Shown here: one piece after another, positions 21,974 to 32,324 of the stretch | Numbering within the stretch: position 1 is the first letter of the stretch | Layout: every line of letters starts with the position of its first letter | From: Rhodocyclales bacterium | GTDB taxonomy: Bacteria > Pseudomonadota > Gammaproteobacteria > Burkholderiales > Rhodocyclaceae | DNA length: 64,000 nt | Direction: 5' to 3' | NCBI GenBank assembly: GCA_026399415.1 | Contig: JAPLQZ010000213.1 | Span: forward strand, 2,738-66,737 | The notes under the pieces: model-generated | What the model saw: only the letters and a program-made list of their open reading frames with translations | The model's database searches: none | Told to the model about the DNA's origin: nothing | Program-made: the position numbers and the translations under genes

Positions 21974-22723
21974 CTACTTCAGTTGCAGTTCGAAACGGCC
22001 TGTAGCGCGCTCCACCGCAATCAGGCGGAGCAGCGGGCCGAGTTGGTCAAGCTGCGGCGGGGGCACAAGAGCGATGGCGAAAAAATCCGGATTGGCGCCG
22101 ATAGCCCAGGATCCTTTGCCATCGAGTTGCAGTGGACCCTGAAGGGTGTGCAGCAAGACCTGGACCGCGGCGCCGTCGCCATCGCCATCGAAGTTCAGTT
22201 CATAGTCCCCGAGCGGCGAAATCGGCGTGAACACCGAGCCGGCATTGCGCCATTGCAATGTGGCCCTGCCCCGCACTTGCGTGCGCTCAACCGAGAGCGC
22301 AGCGATATGCAGCAGGACATCGCCGGTAAGACCCAGCGGCGCAAGGGTGGGCATGCCGAGACCCAGGGCGGAGGCCGGCAAGCTGATATCGGCGTTGGCA
22401 AGCTCGATCCCGGACAGGGACAGGATCACTGGAAAGACCTTGCCTGACTGGTCCAGCCGGACTTCGCCAACCAGGTGTCCGCGCAGCAGGGATTCCGGCT
22501 GAAGGCGCCAGGCAAGGCTCTTCGCCACTCCGGCACGACCACCCGGGTCGCGAATCTCGATTTGCCCCGAACCCGACCACAGCGTGCCGTGAGCTTCGAC
22601 GAGGTGCAGTTTGCCCTGACTCATCCGCTGCAAGCCGGCATCGACCAGAGTCGCCGGCGCCATGGCAATGATTCCCGCTGCATAGACGGCGAGCCCGATT
22701 GCCGCCAGGTGCCGGCGCTTCAC
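21974..22723 (-). CDS. gspN: T2SS protein N
   Basis: APA..GTLWSG..LGDY..GPLQL.G.G; GTG overlaps the gspM stop. Confidence 0.85.
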   Translation of the reverse strand: MKRRHLAAIGLAVYAAGIIAMAPATLVDAGLQRMSQGKLHLVEAHGTLWSGSGQIEIRDPGGRAGVAKSLAWRLQPESLLRGHLVGEVRLDQSGKVFPVILSLSGIELANADISLPASALGLGMPTLAPLGLTGDVLLHIAALSVERTQVRGRATLQWRNAGSVFTPISPLGDYELNFDGDGDGAAVQVLLHTLQGPLQLDGKGSWAIGANPDFFAIALVPPPQLDQLGPLLRLIAVERATGRFELQLK

Positions 22724-23211
22724 CGATGACTTGCCCGCAACATGGTCGCCGTCACGCTGACCATGCCCGGTGCCGGCAGACCTTCGATCCGGCAGGCGGA
22801 GAGCCGGACATGCTGCGACTTGAGGCTCGCGACCCAATTGAGCCACGCGGCGAATTCGACAGGCCCGAATGCGACCACCACCTGATGGGCGTCCGCCGCA
22901 TCCATTCTTGTCAGGGTGTCGGTCAGCCCGCTGGCATCGACCTGCCCTTGCACCAGCGTGCGCAGATCCATTTGCGATGCCGGCGGTGCGGGTGTGGCGC
23001 GCAGCCGCTCCAGTTCAACCGCCTGCTGCTCGAGAGTCGCAGCCTGTGCCCGGAGTGTCACAACGCTCGCCTGCAACCGCGTGTGCGCCTGACCACCCGC
23101 TTGAACCAGCCAGAAATACAGCGCCGCTCCCGTCAGCACGGCCAGGATCGCAATAATGACTCTTTCCCGCGGCGCCCGCGATTCCCATGCCTGGCGCAGT
23201 TTTGCTTTCAT
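22720..23211 (-). CDS. gspM: T2SS protein M
   Basis: W..RAPRER + TM + F.AWL.W; gene order. Confidence 0.85.
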   Translation of the reverse strand: MKAKLRQAWESRAPRERVIIAILAVLTGAALYFWLVQAGGQAHTRLQASVVTLRAQAATLEQQAVELERLRATPAPPASQMDLRTLVQGQVDASGLTDTLTRMDAADAHQVVVAFGPVEFAAWLNWVASLKSQHVRLSACRIEGLPAPGMVSVTATMLRASHR

Positions 23212-24419
23212 GACGCCCTCACGATCAGGACAACGCTTGCCTTTGCGGCACGCGTCGCGGCCGGCGGCACTTCAATGCTCAGGCCCGACTGGAGCAGGCG
23301 CGCCCGGAGTGCCTGTATCGCCGCTTCTGCGTTGGTGGAAAGTTCCAGCGTCATCTGTCCGCCCTCGTAGGACACGGTCCGCAATGTGCCCGCCGGCAGT
23401 TCCTTCGCTGCTGCCGCGACTTGCTCGATCATCGGCAGAAAGTCGCCGCCATCGGGCATCCCCGCCGCATGCCTTGCCTCGGCGAGTTTGCGGCGCATTT
23501 GCAGGGCCGGATCCACCACCGCCACCGTGTCCGGGAAAGCGCCGCGAAATTGCGATTCCATCTTCTGGCGCAGTGCCCGCTGCTCGCTGGCGAGCAAGCT
23601 CCAGTCGGTCACCAGCGCGATGGCATGGAGGGCCAATGCAGCACCCAGTATCCATGCCGCCGGTCGCAGCCGATGGACCGCACCGGAAAGGACCCGCCAG
23701 CGCTGGCGCTGCTGCGCCATGCAAACGCCGGCATCGGCTGGCGCCGTGCGCCAATCCCAGGATCCGGCGACGCGCAGATCAGATCCGAGTTCGCGCTGCC
23801 AGGCCGCAACATCCGGTTCCGCATCCGGCGTCGTCACATACAGGGCGATCGATGCGGGCCCGGCGCCACGCGCCTTCGCTTCGTCCAGCATGAGGCACAG
23901 GCCCAGCGGCGGCGAATTCCGGTCGCCGCAATCCGTCGTCGCTCCCTCGAACTCCCCGCTACGAACAAATCCTTCGCTGCCGTTCCAGGCAATGCTCCAC
24001 TCTCCCGCCACAAGGGGCAACAGCAGGGTTTCGCAGTGCACTTCATCGACACGGATACCTGCCGCGCCGAGCGCCTCCCGCCAGCGCTCCAGTCCCTTCC
24101 TGTCGATGACGGCAAGGGCATCCTCGTCACCGACGCTACCGAGCCAGCTCACCTGGCTGGCATCCGGCTCGCCGGCCATTTTTTCTTCCACGGCAAAGGC
24201 CAGCACCGAACCCGGACCGCGTCTGGCTCCGTGAGGTATCCGTGCGCGGGTGATCAATACCTGGGTCGCGGGAATCACCAGCTGAACGCGGTCGACACGT
24301 TTCGGCAGATCCGCCAACCGGCCCTGTCCTGAAACGGCTTCGCGGCCGTCGTCGATCAGCGCCCAGTGGCAGCTTTGTGCCTGATCGGATAGCGAACTGT
24401 AGATGCGGAGCAGGCTCAT
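23208..24419 (-). CDS. gspL: T2SS protein L
   Basis: AFAVEE, F..AFP..VVDP.LQM; gene order. Confidence 0.85.
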   Translation of the reverse strand: MSLLRIYSSLSDQAQSCHWALIDDGREAVSGQGRLADLPKRVDRVQLVIPATQVLITRARIPHGARRGPGSVLAFAVEEKMAGEPDASQVSWLGSVGDEDALAVIDRKGLERWREALGAAGIRVDEVHCETLLLPLVAGEWSIAWNGSEGFVRSGEFEGATTDCGDRNSPPLGLCLMLDEAKARGAGPASIALYVTTPDAEPDVAAWQRELGSDLRVAGSWDWRTAPADAGVCMAQQRQRWRVLSGAVHRLRPAAWILGAALALHAIALVTDWSLLASEQRALRQKMESQFRGAFPDTVAVVDPALQMRRKLAEARHAAGMPDGGDFLPMIEQVAAAAKELPAGTLRTVSYEGGQMTLELSTNAEAAIQALRARLLQSGLSIEVPPAATRAAKASVVLIVRAS

Positions 24420-25330
24420 AGCATTTTTCGCCAGACGATGGCCGGCCAATTGGCATCGGTGCGCGCCAGCAATGCAGCACTGCGCGCCTGTGCGCTGCCA
24501 ATGTTTACGCGCAGGTCCACCAGGAAGTAGTCGCTGCTGAAGGAGATGTCCTCGATCGCTGCCACGACGTCTTTGGGAAGCTGGTTGAGAAAATCGGCGC
24601 GGTCGCGAAAATAGCTGCGGGCGCGCTGCTCGACCAAAGCCCGCGCGCCGTCGATGTCCAGACCATCGACCACGGCGGCAATGACTTCAGGCGGCGCCGT
24701 ATTCACATTCACCGCGGTAAACGCAGGCAATGCCGAAACGAAGGGGCGCAGGCGCAGGCGGACGCCATCGTCAAAGCCACGCACCAGGACCAGTTCGGCA
24801 ACGTCGATCAACGGCCGGTTGGCGGCGAGATACGGGGGTTGCAGCGCCAGATAGAAAGCATCTTCGGCTCCGCCCGGCGCCTGCACCTCGCTGTCGGCGT
24901 CGATCCAGTCGACCAGAGCATCGGCCAGCGCCGGCGGCAAGCCCAGGATGGACAGCAGGCGCTGGAAGTGGGCAATCTGCGCGAGGCTGGGTTTGCCGTC
25001 CTTCACCATGTTGTTGAGATTGAACCGACCCTGCTGGTCCTCGATGTGACCCGCCAGGCTGCCGTTCTCGACCGGAATCGGCGGCAGGCGCAAGGCCCAG
25101 GGCTCGCCCGGGGTGTCGACGCTGCTGGCGCGGCGATCATCGCTGAGCAGCGCACGGGTCCAATCCACGCCGACCTGAATCAGTGTCTGCGCCTGAACGT
25201 GATCGGCAACCAGTTCGTTTTGCCGCGCCCAGGTGCTCTGCGTGACCATGATCGCCGTCGCGGCCAGCGCCGCCAGCGCAACTACGCCCATGGCAAGCAC
25301 AATGGCCACCCCGGACTGTGACTTTTTCAT
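24416..25330 (-). CDS. gspK: T2SS minor pseudopilin K
   Basis: QSGVAIV N-terminus, DQQGRFNLN, DWIDAD, VNVNTA. Confidence 0.9.
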   Translation of the reverse strand: MKKSQSGVAIVLAMGVVALAALAATAIMVTQSTWARQNELVADHVQAQTLIQVGVDWTRALLSDDRRASSVDTPGEPWALRLPPIPVENGSLAGHIEDQQGRFNLNNMVKDGKPSLAQIAHFQRLLSILGLPPALADALVDWIDADSEVQAPGGAEDAFYLALQPPYLAANRPLIDVAELVLVRGFDDGVRLRLRPFVSALPAFTAVNVNTAPPEVIAAVVDGLDIDGARALVEQRARSYFRDRADFLNQLPKDVVAAIEDISFSSDYFLVDLRVNIGSAQARSAALLARTDANWPAIVWRKML

Positions 25331-25953
25331 GATCGCAGGGAAAACACGCGCACAATTTCCTCGCCGGAAACCAGCACGATGCTCAGTTGCACGGCCCGCG
25401 GAATTTGCGCGTCGCGCGGTGACGCCGGCCACCTGCTTACCCATGCAAGGTCGGCATCGAGGTACTGCAAGTCAAACCGGGTCACTCCGGTCAGCACGGG
25501 GTAACGCGCAGGCAGCACATCGGGTGCAAGGTCCAGCCCCGGCCATAGCAGCAATTCGATTTCCTGCTCGCCGTTCAGCCGGTACGCAAGCCGCCGCGGC
25601 GTGTCGGCGCCGTCCTCCGCGGCGAAGCGGCTGAACTCCAGGCGGGGTTCCCGCGCCAGGCCTTCCTGGCCGCGCCACGCCGGCAGGGTGCCCAGTGCGG
25701 TCCGCACCGGACGCGGCGCCGCCAGTTGGGCGTCACGCTCGAAGCGGGCGAGGAAGCTTGCCACGCGCCGCCATTTGTCGCTTTCCTGCCTGACGTGCTC
25801 GCGCGCATCCAGCACCGCGCCCAGGCCGCGGAACGACATCAGCGCCAGCAGCGACAGGATGAGCAACGCCGTCAGCAGTTCGATCAGCGTAAATCCGCGG
25901 TGCGGACTGCCCGCAGCCGTTTTCCGGTGCGGATTGCCCGCAGCCGTTTTCAT
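25327..25953 (-). CDS. gspJ: T2SS minor pseudopilin J
   Basis: RGFTLIELL prepilin motif; PRAV C-terminus. Confidence 0.85.
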   Translation of the reverse strand: MKTAAGNPHRKTAAGSPHRGFTLIELLTALLILSLLALMSFRGLGAVLDAREHVRQESDKWRRVASFLARFERDAQLAAPRPVRTALGTLPAWRGQEGLAREPRLEFSRFAAEDGADTPRRLAYRLNGEQEIELLLWPGLDLAPDVLPARYPVLTGVTRFDLQYLDADLAWVSRWPASPRDAQIPRAVQLSIVLVSGEEIVRVFSLRS

Positions 25954-26345
25954 TTGTCGCCACCCGGCGGGTGAACCGCGAATCCGACAAGATGCGCAAG
26001 TTCATGCGTTTCTTCGTTCGCCGTGAACACGCGAACATCGACCCGGCGAAACAGGACATTCGGCGTAGCGATGACTTCCTCGCGCCAGGCGAAATCAATG
26101 CCGCCCTGGCGGGCCAGGCCGCGCTGCATGCCGGTCGGCAACCAGACGCCACGGGCACGCTGCTCTGCCAGGATATTCTCCGCTACCCAGCCGGCCAGCA
26201 AGCGCGCGCGCAGCTCGCCAACGCTGTTGGTGCCTCCGCCCGCCACGCGCAGCGATGCGAGCAGCGCAATCGAGATGATTGCCAGCGCCACCAGCACTTC
26301 GATCAGGGTAAAGCCGCGGCATTTATCGCCGCACGGATTTCTCAT
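25950..26345 (-). CDS. gspI: T2SS minor pseudopilin I
   Basis: RGFTLIEVLVALAI..A.WVAEN..TPN..FRRVDV. Confidence 0.9.
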   Translation of the reverse strand: MRNPCGDKCRGFTLIEVLVALAIISIALLASLRVAGGGTNSVGELRARLLAGWVAENILAEQRARGVWLPTGMQRGLARQGGIDFAWREEVIATPNVLFRRVDVRVFTANEETHELAHLVGFAVHPPGGDK

Positions 26346-26895
26346 TGCCTGCACCTCCTTCCGGCAACACGCGCACATCGCCGATCGGGGAATTCGCCAG
26401 GGTGTAACGGGCGTTGCCCAGGGACATTTCGATGCTGAAGGAAATTGCCGGACCGTAGGGAGTGAACTCCACGCGCATCTGTTCAGGCGACCGGGTGTTC
26501 TCCACCCGCATGCCGGATATCGTCATGCCCTGCGGCAGGGTCCTCGCCCGCAGAACATCGTCGACGATCGGCAACCAGCCGAGGTCTTCGCTGAATTTCC
26601 AGAACCGGTAGGCCGGCCCGTTCGCGGTCCAGGCGATGGCCTTTCCCGTGAGATGCGCCTCTGTCGCGGCAAGATCCATCAGTTGCGCCAGCCGGTCGAC
26701 TTCGAGGCGCAGCACCGCCCTGTCGTCCGGCTGCGCAGAGGCGCTCACCAGGCCGACCAGCAGGCCCATGATGAGCAACACGACCAGCATCTCGACAAGC
26801 GTGAAGCCGCGTTCAATTGCCCTCGTCACCGGATGCCTGATCGACACCGGCCCTTTCACGGCACGGCCAGTGCGGCTCGGGGATGCAGGACTCAT
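26323..26895 (-). CDS. gspH: T2SS minor pseudopilin H
   Basis: RGFTLVEMLVV; start uncertain. Confidence 0.85.
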   Translation of the reverse strand: MSPASPSRTGRAVKGPVSIRHPVTRAIERGFTLVEMLVVLLIMGLLVGLVSASAQPDDRAVLRLEVDRLAQLMDLAATEAHLTGKAIAWTANGPAYRFWKFSEDLGWLPIVDDVLRARTLPQGMTISGMRVENTRSPEQMRVEFTPYGPAISFSIEMSLGNARYTLANSPIGDVRVLPEGGAGNEKSVRR

Positions 26896-26908
26896 GACCT
26901 GGCCAGTC

Positions 26909-27352
26909 CTAGAGCGACCAGGAGCCGATGTCGGCATCGTTGCCGTCGCCGCCCGGCATGCCGTCTGCGCCCAGACTGAAGATGTCGATCTCGCCGTGCA
27001 GTCCGGGATTCAAATACTGGTAAGGATTGCCCCAGGGATCTTTCGGTAGCCGTTCGACATAGCCCCCCGCTTTCCAGTTCGGAGGAAACGGAGCGATAGC
27101 CGGCTGCGCTGCCAGCGCCTGCAATCCCTGCTCGGTCGCCGGGTAGCGCTGGTTGTCCAGACGATACAGCTTGAGCGCCTGCGTCAGGCTTGCAATATCC
27201 TGCCGTGCCGCGATCACCCGCGCCTCGTCGGGCCGGCTGATGATTTTCGGCACCACCAGGGCGGCGAGAATTCCAAGAATCACGACCACCACCATCACTT
27301 CGAGCAGCGTGAAACCGCGCTGCCAGTTCGTCGTTTTTGCGTGCGCTGCCAT
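26909..27352 (-). CDS. gspG: T2SS major pseudopilin G
   Basis: GFTLLEVMVVVVILGIL..YRLDN..YP..QGL.AL..DPWG.PYQY..PG..DI. Confidence 0.96.
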   Translation of the reverse strand: MAAHAKTTNWQRGFTLLEVMVVVVILGILAALVVPKIISRPDEARVIAARQDIASLTQALKLYRLDNQRYPATEQGLQALAAQPAIAPFPPNWKAGGYVERLPKDPWGNPYQYLNPGLHGEIDIFSLGADGMPGGDGNDADIGSWSL

Positions 27353-27443
27353 TTCCCCTCCAAAGCTGCATTGACCCCGGTGCTGTCCGGCGCCGCATTC
27401 CATCCAGTTGGCACAAAGTATCCCGGTCACCCGGAGTTGACTC

Positions 27444-27459
27444 TGTGCGCTGGCGTACA
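27444..27459. promoter_or_regulatory. Operator TGTGCG-CTGG-CGTACA; -10 TAGCAT at 27481 (+) and GATACT at 27422 (-)
   Basis: Centre of the divergent gspG/gspC intergenic region. Confidence 0.75.
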
Positions 27460-27584
27460 TACGCCGTATTGCCTTCCTTCTAGCATCGGTATCACTTGGG
27501 AATTTTCCGTCTGGCCTGATGCGGATCCATCCGGTCGATCACTGCGCACCGCTGCCTTTCGCAGCGGTCCGCCCACAAAGAAAA

Positions 27585-28064
27585 ATGCGATACCTCTCAT
27601 TCGACAGATCAACTACAGCACAATCCGCCGCGATCGCCCTGGTGACCGTCGGCGCGCTGGCTTTGCTTGCCCTGGTAGCCGCCCACTGGACGTGGCAGTG
27701 GCTGGCACCGCATGCCGAAGCGCGGGGACAGCCAGTCGCCAACGGGATCGACCATGCGGGATCCGCCAACGCCCTGTTCGGCAATGCGGCGCGGGATGAC
27801 AGCAGTCCGTCGCCAACAGGAATCGGGATCAGCCTGCTCGGCATCGTTGCCGCCACGGCAGGCGGGCGCGGATACGCCGTGCTGCGGCTGGAACCGAAGG
27901 CCCTGCTCACGGTACGCGAGGGAGAAGACATCGCTCCCGGTCTCCGCCTCGCTGAAGTCGCCACCGATCACGTCATCCTCGAGCGTGGCGGTACCCGCGA
28001 AACCCTCGGCTGGCCGGCAAAAGTCCCATCTGCCGCCCCCCCTGTCCTGCAACTTGGCAAATAA
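27585..28064 (+). CDS. gspC: T2SS protein C (short, HR domain only)
   Basis: TM + LFG..L.GIV..GYAV..G..L.EV..DHV..ERGG; upstream of gspD. Confidence 0.8.
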   Translation: MRYLSFDRSTTAQSAAIALVTVGALALLALVAAHWTWQWLAPHAEARGQPVANGIDHAGSANALFGNAARDDSSPSPTGIGISLLGIVAATAGGRGYAVLRLEPKALLTVREGEDIAPGLRLAEVATDHVILERGGTRETLGWPAKVPSAAPPVLQLGK

Positions 28065-28102
28065 CAATCGATGTCGTTACTAATGGCATGTCAGGAGTTG
28101 AG

Positions 28103-30253
28103 ATGAAACATAGCTGGTTGAAAACCGGATTTCTGTCGCTGGCCATGGTGATCGGCAGCGGACAGGCGTGGCCGGCCGACCCGTCGGCGCGCGTCGCCAT
28201 GACTGCCTCCGCGGAAAAACCGCGCGAGCCCGGCGCTGCCGCCAGCCCCGACAGCGTCACCCTCAATCTGGTCAATGCCGATATCGAGGGAGTGGTCAAG
28301 GTGGTCAGCCAGATCACCGGCAAGAACTTCGTGCTCGACCCGCGGGTGAAGGGCACGATCAACATCGTTTCGGCCAAACCAATTCCGCGATCACTGGTCT
28401 ACGACGTGTTTGTGTCGGCGTTGCGCTTGCAGGGCTTTGCGGCGATCGAGGACCGCGGCATCGTCAAGATCGTTCCCGAGGCCGAGGCCAAACTCAATCC
28501 CGGCCCGACCTATGGCCCGGCCGACCAGGCGCGCGGCACGGGGGACCGGATTCAGACCCGGATCTATGCGCTGCAGTATGAATCGGCGGTGCAGATGGTG
28601 CCGATCCTGCGGCCGCTGATCTCTCCCAACAACACCATTACCGCCAACCAGAGCAGCAATACCCTGGTCATCACCGACTACGCCAACAACCTGCAGCGCA
28701 TCGAAAAAATCATTGAATCGATCGACCAGCCGAACGGTAGCGATCCGGTCGTGATCCCGCTTCAGCATGCGTCGGCGGTCGATGTGGCGGTAACCGTCAG
28801 CCGCCTCTTCGCGGAAGCGTCACAGGTGTCGGGAGCCGGGGCCGCGGAACCGCTCCAGCGCGTTACGGTGACCGCCGATGGCCGTTCCAACAGCCTGCTG
28901 GTACGTTCAGGAAATCCGGCGCGCCTCGCCCAGTTGCGCAAATTCATCGCGATACTCGACTCACCCACCAATGCCGGCGGCAATATCCACGTGGTCTACC
29001 TGAAAAACGCCCAGGCGGTGAAACTCGCCGAGACCCTGCGCGCCATCTATCAAAGCGACGCCGGCACGACAGCCGGGGCCCGCACGGCCACCGCCGCGAC
29101 CACGGCGCTCGGCGCCGCGGCACCGGGAGCGACCCAGACTCCGGGCGCGCCGGCATCGCTCGGCGCGAACCAGACACAAAGCACGGCGACCTCGCCCGGG
29201 ATCATCCAGGCCGATGCGGCGACCAACTCGATCATCATCACAGCGCCGGACGCGATCTACAACAACTTGCGCGCGGTGCTGGATCAGCTCGACGTGCGTC
29301 GTGCGCAGGTCTACGTCGAAGCGCTGATTGCCGAGATCACCGCCGACAAGGCGGCCGAGTTCGGCATCCAGTGGCAGAATCTGAGCGGCCTCGGCAAGAC
29401 CAGCGCGCAGGCTTTCGGCGGCACCAACTTCGGCACTCCCGGCCAGAACATCGCCGGCATCGCGCAGAACCCGGCAAGCGCCGCGCGCGGTCTCAACATC
29501 GGCATCGTCAAGGGCCAGGTCAACATTCCGGGCATCGGCCAGATCGTCAACCTCGGTCTGCTGATCCGCGCCCTGGAGAGCGACGCCAATGCCAACATCC
29601 TGTCCACGCCGACCTTGCTGACGCTGGACAACGAAGAAGCCGCGATCGTCATCGGCCAAAATGTGCCCTTCATCACCGGCCAGTACGCCCTGTCGGGCAC
29701 GGCCACCACGCCCACGCCGTTTCAGACGGTCGAGCGGCGCGATGTCGGCCTGACGCTGCGGATCAAGCCGCAGATCTCGGAAGGCGGCACCGTGCGCCTG
29801 CAGATCTACCAGGAAGTTTCCAGTGTCCAGGACACCTCCAACGCTGCCGGGGTGATCACCAACAAGCGCGCCGTGGCATCCACGGTCATGGTCAACGACG
29901 GCGAAATCGTGGTGATCGGCGGCCTGATGCAGAACACGGTCAGCGAGGGCGAGGAAAAGGTTCCGGTACTCGGCGACATTCCCCTGCTCGGCGGTCTGTT
30001 CCGCTACAAGAAACGCTCGCAGAACAAGACCAACCTGATGATTTTCCTGCGGCCGACGCTGGTGCGGGACAGCCAGAGCGCCAATGCATTCACCGGCGAC
30101 CGCTACGATTACATCCTCGGCGAGCAAGGCAAGGCCAAACCCGCGCATGACGCCGTCCTGCCCGACATGGATTCGCCTCGCCTGCCGGCGCGTCCGTTGC
30201 CGGGGCCGACGCAGGCCAGCGAGACCAAACCATCCCGCGATGGCGGGAAGTAG
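28103..30253 (+). CDS. gspD: T2SS secretin D
   Basis: LNLVNADI, DPRVKG, QVYVEALIAE, LSTP.LLTLDN, KVP.LGDIP.LG.LF. Confidence 0.96.
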   Translation: MKHSWLKTGFLSLAMVIGSGQAWPADPSARVAMTASAEKPREPGAAASPDSVTLNLVNADIEGVVKVVSQITGKNFVLDPRVKGTINIVSAKPIPRSLVYDVFVSALRLQGFAAIEDRGIVKIVPEAEAKLNPGPTYGPADQARGTGDRIQTRIYALQYESAVQMVPILRPLISPNNTITANQSSNTLVITDYANNLQRIEKIIESIDQPNGSDPVVIPLQHASAVDVAVTVSRLFAEASQVSGAGAAEPLQRVTVTADGRSNSLLVRSGNPARLAQLRKFIAILDSPTNAGGNIHVVYLKNAQAVKLAETLRAIYQSDAGTTAGARTATAATTALGAAAPGATQTPGAPASLGANQTQSTATSPGIIQADAATNSIIITAPDAIYNNLRAVLDQLDVRRAQVYVEALIAEITADKAAEFGIQWQNLSGLGKTSAQAFGGTNFGTPGQNIAGIAQNPASAARGLNIGIVKGQVNIPGIGQIVNLGLLIRALESDANANILSTPTLLTLDNEEAAIVIGQNVPFITGQYALSGTATTPTPFQTVERRDVGLTLRIKPQISEGGTVRLQIYQEVSSVQDTSNAAGVITNKRAVASTVMVNDGEIVVIGGLMQNTVSEGEEKVPVLGDIPLLGGLFRYKKRSQNKTNLMIFLRPTLVRDSQSANAFTGDRYDYILGEQGKAKPAHDAVLPDMDSPRLPARPLPGPTQASETKPSRDGGK

Positions 30254-30256
30254 GCG

Positions 30257-31744
30257 ATGAACCGCGTCGCCCTGAAGATTCCCTACGCTTTTGCCAAGGC
30301 CAACGGTGTCGTCGTCACCGCCCTGAGCGACGATCACGCCGTGGTAGCGGTGCGCGGCGACGCCCGCTCCGGTGCGCTCGCCGAATTGCGCCGGGCGCTC
30401 GGCGTCCCAATTCGCGCCCGCCGCATCGATGCCGTCGAATTCGAGGACTTGGTCACGGCGACGTACAACGGCGCCGACGCCGGCGTCACCGCATTTGCCA
30501 ACAATCTGGCCTTCGATCTGGCGCAGGATGTGGATCTTTCGCGATTGCTGCAGGACATTCCCCGCGTCGAGGATTTGCTCGAAAGCCGGGACGATGCACC
30601 GGTGATCCGGCTGATCAATGCGCTGTTCACGCAGGCACTGCGCGATGGCGCTTCGGACATTCACATCGAACCGTTCGAAACCCGTTCCGTGGTCCGGCTG
30701 CGCATCGACGGCACACTGCGCGACCTGATCGAGCCGGCGCGCGCGCTGCACGGCGCCATCGTTTCGCGCATCAAGATAATGGCGCAGCTGGATATCGCTG
30801 AAAAGCGCCTGCCGCAGGATGGCCGCATCACCCTGCGCGTCGCCGGCAAGCCGGTCGACGTGCGCGTCTCGACGATACCGACCGGACACGGCGAGCGCGT
30901 CGTGCTGCGCCTGCTCGACAAGCAGGCCGGACGCCTCGATCTGACGCGGCTGGGCATGGACGACGCCACGCTCGCCCACATGGACCGGCTGATCCTCGAA
31001 CCGCACGGCATCGTGCTGGTGACCGGGCCCACCGGTTCGGGCAAGACCACCACCCTTTACGCAGCGCTGTCGCGGCTGGACGCCGGGGCGCTCAACATCA
31101 TGACCGTCGAGGACCCGATCGAATACGATCTCGACGGCATCAGCCAGACCCAGATCAACCCGCGCATCGAAATGAGTTTCGCGCGGGCCTTGCGCACCAT
31201 CCTGCGCCAGGATCCGGACGTGGTCATGATCGGCGAAATACGCGATCTGGAAACGGCGCAAATCGCCGTTCAGGCCAGCCTCACCGGGCATCTGGTGTTT
31301 GCCACGCTGCACACCAACGATGCCGTCAGCGCGGTCACCCGCCTGGTCGATATGGGCGTCGAGCCCTTTCTGCTGGCCTCCAGCCTGATCGGGGTGGGCG
31401 CGCAACGCCTGGTGCGCTGCCTCTGCCTGGAATGCCGCAAACCCTTCGCCGCCGATCCGGCGCAAATTCGTGCCCTCGGCTTTACCCCGACCGACGGCAC
31501 GCTTTACTCGGCGCAGGGCTGCCCCGTCTGCAATCAAACGGGCTATCGCGGCCGCACCGGAATCTACGAACTGCTCACGGTCGACGACGACTTGCGCCGC
31601 CTGGTCCATGACCGCTCATCGGAGCAGACATTGCGCACCCATGTGATGTCGCGCGGCATGCGCTCGCTGCGGGATGACGGCATGCGCCTGGCCGCCCAGG
31701 GCATCATCAGCATTGAGGAAGTCGTGCGCGTCACGCGCGAATAA
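30257..31744 (+). CDS. gspE: T2SS ATPase E
   Basis: ASDIHIEP, GPTGSGKTT, LRQDPD, TGHLV, Cys tetrad. Confidence 0.96.
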   Translation: MNRVALKIPYAFAKANGVVVTALSDDHAVVAVRGDARSGALAELRRALGVPIRARRIDAVEFEDLVTATYNGADAGVTAFANNLAFDLAQDVDLSRLLQDIPRVEDLLESRDDAPVIRLINALFTQALRDGASDIHIEPFETRSVVRLRIDGTLRDLIEPARALHGAIVSRIKIMAQLDIAEKRLPQDGRITLRVAGKPVDVRVSTIPTGHGERVVLRLLDKQAGRLDLTRLGMDDATLAHMDRLILEPHGIVLVTGPTGSGKTTTLYAALSRLDAGALNIMTVEDPIEYDLDGISQTQINPRIEMSFARALRTILRQDPDVVMIGEIRDLETAQIAVQASLTGHLVFATLHTNDAVSAVTRLVDMGVEPFLLASSLIGVGAQRLVRCLCLECRKPFAADPAQIRALGFTPTDGTLYSAQGCPVCNQTGYRGRTGIYELLTVDDDLRRLVHDRSSEQTLRTHVMSRGMRSLRDDGMRLAAQGIISIEEVVRVTRE

Positions 31745-31748
31745 GTCG

Positions 31749-32294
31749 ATGATTACCGAATCCGACATACTCGACGCGAAGCTGCTGATCGTCGACGATC
31801 AGGAGTCCAACGTAATTTTGCTTGAGCAAATTCTGCATGGCGCCGGCTATACCTGTGTTACCTCGACCATGGATTCGCGTGCCGTCGTCGAGCTTCACGG
31901 TCGCAACCACTATGACCTGATCCTGCTTGATCTGCAGATGCCCGACATGGACGGATTCCAGGTCATGGAGAGCCTCAAGGTCGTTGAAACCGGCGGCTAC
32001 CTTCCAGTGCTGGTGATCACCGCCCAACCGGGCCACAAGCTGCGCGCCCTGAAAGCCGGCGCCAGGGATTTCGTCAGCAAGCCCTTCGATGTTCTGGAAG
32101 TGACGACCCGCATTCACAACATGCTTGAAGTACGGCTGTTGTACCAGGAGGTCGGGAACTACAGCAGGAAGCTGGAACAAATGGTTGAGAAACGTACCGC
32201 GGAACTCCACGAAAGCGAAGCGCGCTTCCGCGCCTTGCGGGAAATGGCCGGATTCTGTGCGCAGAACCGGCAACGGCGGGCGTCCCGCACGTAG
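31749..32294 (+). CDS. Response regulator (REC + coiled coil, no output domain)
   Basis: IVDDQ..DLQMP..SKPF; paralog of the 54443..55285 N-terminus. Confidence 0.8.
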   Translation: MITESDILDAKLLIVDDQESNVILLEQILHGAGYTCVTSTMDSRAVVELHGRNHYDLILLDLQMPDMDGFQVMESLKVVETGGYLPVLVITAQPGHKLRALKAGARDFVSKPFDVLEVTTRIHNMLEVRLLYQEVGNYSRKLEQMVEKRTAELHESEARFRALREMAGFCAQNRQRRASRT

Positions 32295-32324
32295 CGCTGC
32301 AGTAACGAGCGAACAGCCGCCGTC

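Noticed and set aside
25898-25951. 27-bp imperfect tandem duplication in the gspJ leader (KTAAGNPHR/KTAAGSPHR)
   Set aside because: In frame and within the cleaved prepilin leader; probably neutral.
28961-31609. 882-aa minus-strand ORF
   Set aside because: Shadow of gspD/gspE.
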